A stretch of 64,000 nt of DNA, taken from positions 512,001 through 576,000 of the forward strand of contig JBJBEO010000001.1 of assembly GCA_047284725.1 (NCBI GenBank). Direction: 5' to 3'. The notes under the pieces were generated by a model. It was not told the DNA's origin and searched no databases. It was given only the letters and a program-made list of their open reading frames with translations. This stretch comes from Synechococcus sp. Its GTDB lineage: Bacteria; Cyanobacteriota; Cyanobacteriia; PCC-6307; Cyanobiaceae. Of the stretch, positions 32,428-40,169 are shown piece by piece (position 1 is the stretch's first letter; each line of letters opens with the position of its first letter). The position numbers were made by a program, and so were the translations under genes.

Positions 32428-32933
32428 GGAGACTCCCTTCCTTTAGTCGGCTACACAATCTCCCTGGCATTGCTGCCCTTAGTAGACCTCTTAGTGAGAC
32501 ACCTTTGTGAAGTCACTTGCTGCGATAGCTCAAGATGTGTTGCTTCTGAGCCGTCAAAAATTGATGCAACTGCCGTGAGGCTTATGCAATCACTTTCGAA
32601 GGCGGTGAAAGCAAAGCAGGTGGCATGCGACATAGCGTGTGCCCATCATCGAGTCTGCGCACATGGCAAAGACGCTCTTTTGTGAAGGCCCGTCGTCGAT
32701 GACGTGGCGGCATCGAATTTTGAAAACCCATGGCAGTACAGGCTGACCAGATTGTGAGAAGAACAAGGCGGGTCATCAATAGCCATCGTCCTCGCTGAAT
32801 TGACTATCGAATTGATTGCGCTGGATCCGCTACCCCTGCATGGGGACATCATGTGATCTCAAAGTGCCTCTTGATGCAGGCACGTTTCGGTTTGAAAGGG
32901 GTGCATTGCTCTCTTTCGTTTCGAGCCAAGCAC

Positions 32934-33207
32934 AGCTGCTGGCTACTGAGATACCTCGGTGAACATCGGACCCACCCGGTCTTGAGCATCGCCTGCCACG
33001 CCTCAATGGCGTTGTGCCTGAGCATCCGCCTCACGACAGGTTGCCCACCACCACGTAGCGGCCTGGTCTCCACCTCAACCCACTTGGCATGGGCTGAGGC
33101 CAACGCATTCCGGAAGCAGACCACCTTCTGCTCCTGTTCATTCAGCAGCCAACCTTCCCCATTTATCTGAGGGTGTGGTTCAGGGTGCTGGCTCTTGCGT
33201 TCGCACC
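32934..33207 (-). pseudogene. DUF1651-like copy (start lost, 3' frameshift)
   Basis: Inverted near-identical copy of 40170-40433. Confidence 0.7.
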
Positions 33208-33209
33208 GA

Positions 33210-33266
33210 TCAGAACCCGCCAGGCTCGTTCGGCTTCTCACCTGACTCGAACGTGGTGCGGAGCAT
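33210..33266 (-). pseudogene. Internally deleted copy of secreted protein 'B'
   Basis: MLRTT fused directly to FESGEKPNEPGGF*. Confidence 0.8.
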
Positions 33267-33269
33267 GGG

Positions 33270-33454
33270 TTTCAGTCTTGGTTGACGGTGAGGCCAATCG
33301 CCTAGAAATGATCGAGCACGGTGCTCACAGCTGCAAGCACCTGCTTGGCGCGTGCCAGCGTCTCGGCAGGGCCTTGGCCCCGGCTGATGCACCGGTTGAG
33401 ATTGCTGCGGGTGACCTGTTGCTGCTGCGATCAGCGTTGAAGGGGATTGGTTGA
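33270..33454 (-). repeat. 29-bp motif plus small ORF 'A' remnant (block Rc)
   Basis: QQVTRSNLNRCISRGQGPAETLARAKQVLAAVSTVLDHF*AIGL. Confidence 0.85.
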
Positions 33455-33461
33455 TTTCTGC

Positions 33462-33589
33462 GCAGGAGAGCACCAGCCCCCTTAGGCGAAGAGGCCGGTG
33501 CTCTGTGGGACCCCTCTATGCCCTCAAGGCCCCACAGGTGAATCAACTCCCGACTCATGAGGGATCGATACCCCTAAGTGGGGACATTG
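33462..33589 (-). ncRNA. Structured ~125-nt element, copy E2
   Basis: Four hairpins shared with 33883-34013 and 38114-38238. Confidence 0.55.
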
Positions 33590-33804
33590 ATCTGTATTGA
33601 GGGAGCCGTGTTGAGAGCCTGAGAAAGATCATCAAATTGATGGATTCGGCATGCATCTGATTTAGAAAACTCTGAATCAGATGCGCAAAGTCGCCTCACT
33701 AGTAAGTCCTTGTCGACATCTGAAAGAGAACCATCTGGAGACCATTTCAGGCAGGTCCTGCCGATGCAAGTGTCGTCTGTTGTTCCTTTAGAGATCAGGG
33801 TCAT
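33574..33804 (-). CDS. Small hypothetical protein between elements E3 and E2
   Basis: GGAGG RBS upstream of the ATG; CIGRTCLKWSPDGSLS. Confidence 0.7.
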   Translation of the reverse strand: MTLISKGTTDDTCIGRTCLKWSPDGSLSDVDKDLLVRRLCASDSEFSKSDACRIHQFDDLSQALNTAPSIQINVPT

Positions 33805-33882
33805 TTACACCTCCCTTGCCTTGTGTCCAACTTGGGACAGCGATCTCCATTGCAGATACCCCCTAACGAGGACGTTTGCTCC

Positions 33883-34013
33883 TGCATGAGAGCACCAGCC
33901 CCCGGAAGGGAGAGGGCAAGTGCTCCATGGGGCTCTCGTTCTCTCACCAAGAACCCAACAAAAGGACTCAACTCCTGATCCATGAGGGATCGATACCCCT
34001 TGGTGGGGACAAT
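33883..34013 (-). ncRNA. Structured ~125-nt element, copy E3
   Basis: Same stems as E1 and E2 with different loops. Confidence 0.55.
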
Positions 34014-34062
34014 GAGAGGGCTGAGGGTCAGGTCCTGGTTGACCGAGATTCTCCAGAGGCGC

Positions 34063-34093
34063 AAAAAAAAAACGCCCCTGGCTCACAGGGGCG
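34063..34093 (-). terminator. Rho-independent terminator
   Basis: CGCCCCTG-tgagc-CAGGGGCG followed by T10 on the minus strand. Confidence 0.85.
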
Positions 34094-34300
34094 CTTCAAT
34101 CGCTATTTGTCTGACGTGTTCAGTAGCCAAGACCGTCCAGGCTGTCGGTTCCGAACATGGTGACTTCACGTTCATCGTTGAAGGGGATTGGTTGAGGTCA
34201 GGGCATGGCCGTGATTTTTGATCTTTTGTGGTTGTCGGTCATGATCAGATCCTGCAGTGCTGGGCGGCCATGGCCTTAGTTCACAGGTGACAGACCTCGA

Positions 34301-35389
34301 TCAAGACATAGAGAAAGCAGAAGGGTCCGGAAGGACACGCCAAGCCTCTAACTCCATGGCAAATGCCGCATGGCGCTGAATCGCATCATCCATGAACAAA
34401 GCGACACGGATCGATGCAGCATCGCTTGAGGCAAAACCATGCATGGCGTCACCAGCCGTCATACACCGAAGAGCCGCCAACCTCCAGTCGCGCCAAGCAT
34501 CGTCAAGTCTGTAATGACAGATGCCGCGTTCAATCAGAACAGCATGCCAAGCCTGAACAAGATCCTCGTAACGCCCCTGCCTTTGCGCAACAGGCGTACT
34601 TCCTCCCACTAAAAAGGCCACATCAAGGGCGGCGAGTCCACGGGCAGCCCACGACCAGTCAAGGATGACCGACTTAGGCGCAGCAGCATCAGTATCGAAC
34701 AACAGATTATCCGCCCTGAGATCACCGTGAATCAGAGTCCATTGAGATTCAGATAGAGCTTTATTAATCGCATCACTTTGCTCAAGCACACAAGAATAGA
34801 GCTTGCAGACTTCCGAACCAAATCTCACCCCATACGTCGCGAAAAAATCCTCAACAATCTCTTGCTTGGGCGCCCCAAACCACAGACCGTGGTGGGGCAA
34901 CCAATCGTGGTCTACCAAAGCATCATCCATCCAAAATTCTGCATGAATTGCCGCCATATTCTTTACAGCAGACAGCGTTTGTTCGTAGGTCAGACCCACC
35001 ACTTGATCGCCAGCCTTCAGATCCGAAAGATCCTCCATCAACAACCAAGCGGGGGCCTCTCCACTGCTGGCGTACACGACAGGCTGGTAGCCCTTCAGCC
35101 GCGGCGTGCAATGTTGATAAACACCAACCTCACGCTGAAAAGCATTGTTCAAACGACTGAGTTCGTTGAACATTGGATCAGCTGTTTCACTCTTTAGGAT
35201 GAGTGTTGATGGGCACTCATTCGCAGACTCCGCTTCAAGACTGAGACGCCAAGCTGTTGACTGAAGACCGCGTCCATCGCCAAGACGATCGGCCTGCAAA
35301 GCCTTGACCCTGCAGCCAAGCGCATCACCAATCCATTCGGGCTCTGGCGCCCTCACAATCGAAGGATCGAAGATGCTGCCATCAACCAT
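34301..35389 (-). CDS. APH/choline/ecdysteroid-kinase-like phosphotransferase
   Basis: LLMEDL, Brenner motif HGDLRADN, ILDW. Confidence 0.85.
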   Translation of the reverse strand: MVDGSIFDPSIVRAPEPEWIGDALGCRVKALQADRLGDGRGLQSTAWRLSLEAESANECPSTLILKSETADPMFNELSRLNNAFQREVGVYQHCTPRLKGYQPVVYASSGEAPAWLLMEDLSDLKAGDQVVGLTYEQTLSAVKNMAAIHAEFWMDDALVDHDWLPHHGLWFGAPKQEIVEDFFATYGVRFGSEVCKLYSCVLEQSDAINKALSESQWTLIHGDLRADNLLFDTDAAAPKSVILDWSWAARGLAALDVAFLVGGSTPVAQRQGRYEDLVQAWHAVLIERGICHYRLDDAWRDWRLAALRCMTAGDAMHGFASSDAASIRVALFMDDAIQRHAAFAMELEAWRVLPDPSAFSMS

Positions 35390-35827
35390 TCACGGGCTCG
35401 TCAACTGGGATCAAGTTAGCCTCACCATCCAAGAGAAGCCGCCCGTCAGAACAGGGGTGATACAAGCACAACCAATCAACACAATTCACAGAGGTCCACA
35501 GAAGGTAGGCAGCTCAACTTGCGGGCCACTATGGTTCTGAACAGACTACGCATAACTTTCCAACGCCATGAATCCGTGAAAGCAACACGAAACTGCTAGG
35601 GATTGTCCGCAAACAATTGGCTGTCATTGCTGATTACAGGACAGGCAGAAGCTGGCATTAGTTACCAGCTTCTATCTGCAGTCGCTGCCAGTAACCGTCT
35701 GAACTAGGGCGGCATTCTTGCGCCTGGGTTGGGCGCCCGATGGCATCAAAGTAGTTGGCGCGGACTAACTCCCAGCGAGAAGCCATGTGGAGCTGGTCAG
35801 CGGTGCAGATGTATTAACGTCTTGCTA

Positions 35828-36055
35828 TCAGTCAACCTCCAGCCGACAGGCGGCAATGGCAATGGCAATGTTGATTAACTTGCACGCCTTGGACAGCTCA
35901 CGTTGAGCGGCAATCAGATTGCGTGCATTGGCTGCATTTAGCTCAGTGTTCTGCAAGATGTCTTCCAGGTCTGACAGTGCAGCTTCTGCCGTGGGGAGGA
36001 TTTTCTGAGAGAGCTGAATCGATAGCTCTCGGTAGTTAGCTGGGTGTCGTTTCAT
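35828..36055 (-). CDS. Small helical hypothetical protein
   Basis: MKRHPANYRELSIQ..., 75 aa, amphipathic. Confidence 0.55.
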   Translation of the reverse strand: MKRHPANYRELSIQLSQKILPTAEAALSDLEDILQNTELNAANARNLIAAQRELSKACKLINIAIAIAACRLEVD

Positions 36056-36090
36056 TGTTGGAACCCCGCCGAAGCGGGGCGTGATGGTGT

Positions 36091-36252
36091 TCAGGCGAGG
36101 CAATAACGGCGTGCAGTGGTCTGAGAGATGTGCAGGCGTTCAGCGATGACGCGATAGGTGTGGCCGCGTTTGCGCCAGCGGCGGGCTTTCAGCTGTGGGC
36201 TCTCTGTGAGCCAGAGCAGGAAGACGATCGGCAGCAACAGTGCAACTGGCAA
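36091..36252 (-). CDS. Small membrane-anchored helix-turn-helix protein (5' end probably disrupted; not in ORF track)
   Basis: VALLLPIVFLLWLTESPQLKARRWRKRGHTYRVIAERLHISQTTARRYCLA*. Confidence 0.6.
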   Translation of the reverse strand: MPVALLLPIVFLLWLTESPQLKARRWRKRGHTYRVIAERLHISQTTARRYCLA

Positions 36253-36306
36253 GCAGCATCACCAGCCGTCTTTTCAGTATCTGAATCGACAAGCGAACAA
36301 GACCTA

Positions 36307-36699
36307 GTGATCAAACGGCTGCTCTCCCTAATGGCAGTGCTGCTCGCCAGTTGCACTGCTGCTGCTGGACCGTACCCCGAGGTGCAGATCGCTCGTTGCT
36401 ACGACGGCGATACCTGCACCAGCACCACCGGAGAGAAGATCCGACTGGCCTGCATCGATACGCCAGAGCTCCAGGGGCGCAATGCTGATCCGATTCCAGC
36501 GAAAGCTGCACGGGACTATCTGCGTGGCTACCTGAAAGGGAAGACCATCACCATCCGCCGGATCGATACCGATCGCTATGGCCGCACCGTGGCGGAGCTG
36601 TTTGCTGATGGCGTGAACGTCCAGCAACAGTTGGTTGCGAGCGGACATGCAGAGATCTACCGCCGTTACGCAAAACCGTGCGAATGGGTCAATCACTGA
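36307..36699 (+). CDS. Thermonuclease (SNase-like), probable lipoprotein
   Basis: LLASC lipobox, YDGDT, IRLACIDTPE, DRYGRTVA. Confidence 0.9.
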   Translation: MIKRLLSLMAVLLASCTAAAGPYPEVQIARCYDGDTCTSTTGEKIRLACIDTPELQGRNADPIPAKAARDYLRGYLKGKTITIRRIDTDRYGRTVAELFADGVNVQQQLVASGHAEIYRRYAKPCEWVNH

Positions 36700-36735
36700 G
36701 TCGCAACAACATCACTGCTGTAGACCCCACCCGCG

Positions 36736-36819
36736 ACTCCACTGCCCCCTCCAGTTGATCCAGCTCTGACACGACCCGCAAGCACAACTGTTCAACGCAG
36801 AGCATCAGAAGCGATGGCA
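36736..36819. repeat. Scaffold block Ra, copy 2
   Basis: Near-identical to 25635-25718. Confidence 0.85.
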
Positions 36820-36838
36820 GACCATCAACCAGGTTCGG

Positions 36839-37051
36839 CTACTTGCGCCCAGCAATTGCGTCGGTTATGTCATCGATAATTTGACAAAAATTTGTGGAAG
36901 CAAAGGGGGGGAATTCGCAATTCCATGCCGATAAAGCAAAATAAGCCTCAGCCTTCTGTCGCTTATCAAGGTTTGCAGATGCTGGCGATGCCAAGCTGAT
37001 TGCCAACAAAGCAGCAGCTCCAACGCTAGTGAGCGCTTTAGAACGACGCAT
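36839..37051 (-). CDS. Small secreted protein
   Basis: Signal peptide ending ASA-NL; two Cys. Confidence 0.6.
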   Translation of the reverse strand: MRRSKALTSVGAAALLAISLASPASANLDKRQKAEAYFALSAWNCEFPPFASTNFCQIIDDITDAIAGRK

Positions 37052-37270
37052 GATGTGGCCCTTTAATACCTAGCCTTGTTTAGCTGAGTGTGCTCTTTCT
37101 CGGCAACGAGGTGTGTTTGGCTGTAGAAGACCTTCCCCCCTCTGGTTGCCTTTCTCAGTCGTATGCCATCGACTCTGGTGAGTGTGGCCACGCAGGGTTC
37201 ACCCGTGAGATAATGAGGTCATCGACAGGGCAGCCACAGGCGCCGGTCGATCACCACAGCATTCAATCCA

Positions 37271-37426
37271 ATGACCAACGCCGAACGCGCGGTGGTCCTC
37301 TACGAGCTCTACACGAAGCTCGATGAGTTGATCACCGCTGAGGAGATGGAAACCTTCCCATTCCTCGAACATCTTGCCGACCTCATTGAAGATCTGGAGG
37401 GGGAACCCCCGCCTTCGTCGTCTTAA
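37271..37426 (+). CDS. 51-aa acidic helical protein (block Rb; not in ORF track)
   Basis: MTNAERAVVLYELYTKLDELITAEEMETFPFLEHLADLIEDLEGEPPPSSS; decayed paralogue at 26397-26488. Confidence 0.6.
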   Translation: MTNAERAVVLYELYTKLDELITAEEMETFPFLEHLADLIEDLEGEPPPSSS

Positions 37427-37702
37427 TCAGCTTGTTGGGAACTCAACCTGATCAACAGGAAAGGTTGAATTTTGGCATTTTTCGACCCATTTAACCTTTC
37501 GAATAATATCGTCAGTGCCTCTAATAGGGAGAGGCCAGTCGGCTTTCGCTCTAGCCCAACAAGGTCTTTGACGATCAAATCTCCTCATATTGAGCTGCTC
37601 TTGCTGAATGACTGTCCAGCCCAGCCATACGGAAGGGGGGGCGATGACAATGGTCCAGGCAAAAATGACGAAATTCTTGGTGGTCTTATCCATGTAGCCC
37701 AC
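37427..37702 (-). CDS. Small single-TM hypothetical protein
   Basis: 91 aa, N-terminal TM segment, lower GC. Confidence 0.55.
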   Translation of the reverse strand: MGYMDKTTKNFVIFAWTIVIAPPSVWLGWTVIQQEQLNMRRFDRQRPCWARAKADWPLPIRGTDDIIRKVKWVEKCQNSTFPVDQVEFPTS

Positions 37703-37770
37703 TCTGCACCGGTCCTGATGCGAGTGACACCCTCGCCTTCAGCTCGTCGGGCTCATAACCCGAAGGTCGA

Positions 37771-38085
37771 TCAGGCGGCTTTGACAGCAATGGATCGCTC
37801 AACGGTCCACAGGGTGCGATTGCGCTGGCGGTGCTTGCCGAAGCGATACCCGAACGCCTCATCACCATCAGCGAAGCCATCGATGCCTTTGACCCCCAAG
37901 GCAGTCAGCTCATCAGTGGTGAGCACCAGGGCGTGATCAGCAGCGTCGGCAAGACCCTTCGCTCGCTTCAAGGGATCAGACGATGCGGCCTGCTGTTGCC
38001 CCATCACTGACGCCATCACAGACATCAGTGCAGCGGTGTCTGGCGGGACAATCCCGGACTGTTCAGGACCGTTTAAAAGCGTCAT
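37771..38085 (-). CDS. Hypothetical protein, possibly 5' truncated at a repeat
   Basis: 104 aa; the ATG abuts the 29-bp motif at 38086. Confidence 0.55.
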   Translation of the reverse strand: MTLLNGPEQSGIVPPDTAALMSVMASVMGQQQAASSDPLKRAKGLADAADHALVLTTDELTALGVKGIDGFADGDEAFGYRFGKHRQRNRTLWTVERSIAVKAA

Positions 38086-38113
38086 CTCAGCCGATCCCCT
38101 TCAGCGCTGATCG

Positions 38114-38238
38114 CAATGTCCCCACCTAGGGGTATCGATTCCTCATTGGTCGGGAGTTGAGTCCTTTTGTGGGGCTTTGACAGACGGAGCCCCATAGAGC
38201 ACTTGCCCTCATGAGCCCGGGGGCTGGTGCTCTCCTGC
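38114..38238 (+). ncRNA. Structured ~125-nt element, copy E1
   Basis: Four hairpins; bracketed by the 29-bp motif at 38086 and 38246. Confidence 0.55.
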
Positions 38239-38245
38239 GCAGAAA

Positions 38246-38431
38246 TCAGCCGATCCCCTTCAACGCTGATCGCAGAAGCAACAGCAGATCACCCGCAGCA
38301 ATCTCTACCGGTGCATCCGCCGGGGCTAAGGCCCTGCCGAGACGCTGGCACGCGCCAAACAGGTGCTTGCATCCGTGAGCACTGTGCTCGATCATTCCGA
38401 GGCGATTGGCCTCATCAACAACCAAGACTGA
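38246..38431 (+). repeat. 29-bp motif plus small ORF 'A' remnant (block Rc)
   Basis: QQITRSNLYRCIRRG*GPAETLARAKQVLASVSTVLDHSEAIGLINNQD*. Confidence 0.85.
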
Positions 38432-38436
38432 AACCC

Positions 38437-38787
38437 ATGCTCCGCACCACACTCACCGCCATCGCATCCACGGCTGCGCTGATCGCTGTCAGCGAACCGA
38501 TGGATCCACCAGTGGCCCAGGCCGACACCGTGAAGGATGCGCTCTGCGTCCTTTCCCGCCACGACGACTCCATCCCCAGGGAGGAGTTCCGCTGCGACTT
38601 CACCCAGACCATGGGCGGCGCTTATGTCGACAGCACGCGCTGGGCATTCATCTTTCCCCACTCCGAGCAGGACAAAACCTTCAGTCGGCAGAACACCGAA
38701 GATTTCATTCGCTGGACCCGTGAAGGTCAATACACACTGACCCTGTTCCAAAGCGGAGAGAAGCCAAACGAGCCCGGCGGGTTCTGA
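38437..38787 (+). CDS. Secreted protein family 'B', intact copy
   Basis: MLRTTLTAIASTAALIAV leader; paralogue at 25072. Confidence 0.75.
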   Translation: MLRTTLTAIASTAALIAVSEPMDPPVAQADTVKDALCVLSRHDDSIPREEFRCDFTQTMGGAYVDSTRWAFIFPHSEQDKTFSRQNTEDFIRWTREGQYTLTLFQSGEKPNEPGGF

Positions 38788-38852
38788 TCGGTTGGAACGT
38801 AAGAGCCAGCTCAGGTTCTGCAAATCACTGATCAAGGCTTCAATCAGACACT

Positions 38853-38881
38853 AAAAAAGCCCCGCCGAAGGGCAGGGCTTT
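38853..38881 (-). terminator. Terminator of the RTX-like gene (possibly bidirectional)
   Basis: A6-GCCC(C)GCC-gaag-GGCAGGGC-TTT. Confidence 0.7.
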
Positions 38882-38904
38882 GCGGGTCTTGATAAGGCAG
38901 CGCC

Positions 38905-40017
38905 TTACACAATTAGGAAGCCATTGACAACATCGTAGGTGTTGCCGAATTCGAGAGCAACTGCGCCCATTTCATTCACATCGTCATTTTGATCAATGGT
39001 GCCGCTAATGCCGCTAATCAGTTCAAAGTTACGGATAATCATACGGCCCCCCGAACCGTCGACGAGGTAGGGAGACCCTCCGTTTTGGCCATCGACATAG
39101 CTATAAGTACCATTACCGAGCACAATTTTGTCTTTAGTGCCTGCAACTTCTCCGTCTCTTACAAACCCGTCACCGTCGAATCTAATCCCGGAGCTAAAAC
39201 CATCTCCAATCAAGGTGTCGTTGTCTGCGCCAAGATAAATACGCCCGAACCCTTCGAAACCGCCAGTAAGTGCATCGACCGTATCATTGCCTGCGCCCGT
39301 AATAATAGTATTTCTAGAAAAAGTGAAGGAAATCCCGGCGTCGTCACTGGTGCTAACACCAGTAATTGAATCGTCGCCGCTACCGGTTCTGATAAATCCT
39401 CGGGTAAGGCTGATCCCAGTCGCCCCCTCTCCGTAAATTGAATTATTTCCGTCGCCCAATTGTATGTTTGAACGATCTAAATATACCCCGACAGCTCCAC
39501 CCGTTCCGTTAACCGAATCATTGCCATCTTCGGCTAGAAGGAGAAGGCCCGAACTTTCCAGATTAATTCCATGACTTCCACCTGTTCCATTGATTGAGTT
39601 ATTTCCATTGCCCATGTCTATTAGTGATAATTTTGCTGATACCCCATAGACTCCCCCTTCTCCATTAATCGTATCGTTGCCATTGCCAGTAGTAAGCGCG
39701 GACTCAATTAGGTATACACCATTGAGTTCACCAACACCAACAAATGTATCGCTTCTGTCGCCTGTAATCAGTCTAGATCTAACTAATAGGATGCCATCAT
39801 CTTCAAGCAGAACGTTTCCTTCGGAATCTTCTTCGCCATTGCCGACAATGGTTACTTTTTTGTTTAGCGACCCAGCCTGCCCTCCCCCAGTGACTGGATC
39901 AGTACTAGTTGTGTCCAATACTTGACCATCCAGCACCCAAGAGCTTGCTTTCAATGATGCACGGCTTTGAGGGGAAAGCTCTTGGAATGCTTTCAGAAGA
40001 TCAAAATGATCGGACAT
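38905..40017 (-). CDS. RTX-like Gly/Asn/Asp-rich calcium-binding repeat protein (start uncertain)
   Basis: Repeats TGNGNDTING, MGNGNNSING, DGNDSVNG, LGDGNNSIYG, TGSGDDSITG, TGAGNDTVDA; lower GC. Confidence 0.8.
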   Translation of the reverse strand: MSDHFDLLKAFQELSPQSRASLKASSWVLDGQVLDTTSTDPVTGGGQAGSLNKKVTIVGNGEEDSEGNVLLEDDGILLVRSRLITGDRSDTFVGVGELNGVYLIESALTTGNGNDTINGEGGVYGVSAKLSLIDMGNGNNSINGTGGSHGINLESSGLLLLAEDGNDSVNGTGGAVGVYLDRSNIQLGDGNNSIYGEGATGISLTRGFIRTGSGDDSITGVSTSDDAGISFTFSRNTIITGAGNDTVDALTGGFEGFGRIYLGADNDTLIGDGFSSGIRFDGDGFVRDGEVAGTKDKIVLGNGTYSYVDGQNGGSPYLVDGSGGRMIIRNFELISGISGTIDQNDDVNEMGAVALEFGNTYDVVNGFLIV

Positions 40018-40169
40018 TAAAAAACAGTAACTAGCTTCAAACTTCGTCGGCAGGCGCTTGGTTTGTCTTAAGTCCTCATGAGAATCGGGTGAGCGTATTT
40101 CTTGCGTTTCTATCTGACTCATTTCCAGATCGGTTACAAGACATGCGAGAGAGAGCAGTGTTCTGATCG

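Noticed and set aside
32451..32852. Several 60-70 aa ORFs downstream of the cyclase
   Set aside because: Overlapping, with no motif or clear RBS; none can be supported
33462..34013. c-di-GMP riboswitch identity for the structured element
   Set aside because: I could not find the class I or class II consensus features; proximity to GGDEF genes alone is insufficient
24630..38787. Diversity-generating retroelement behind the paralogous small genes
   Set aside because: No reverse transcriptase in the window, and differences between copies are not adenine-specific
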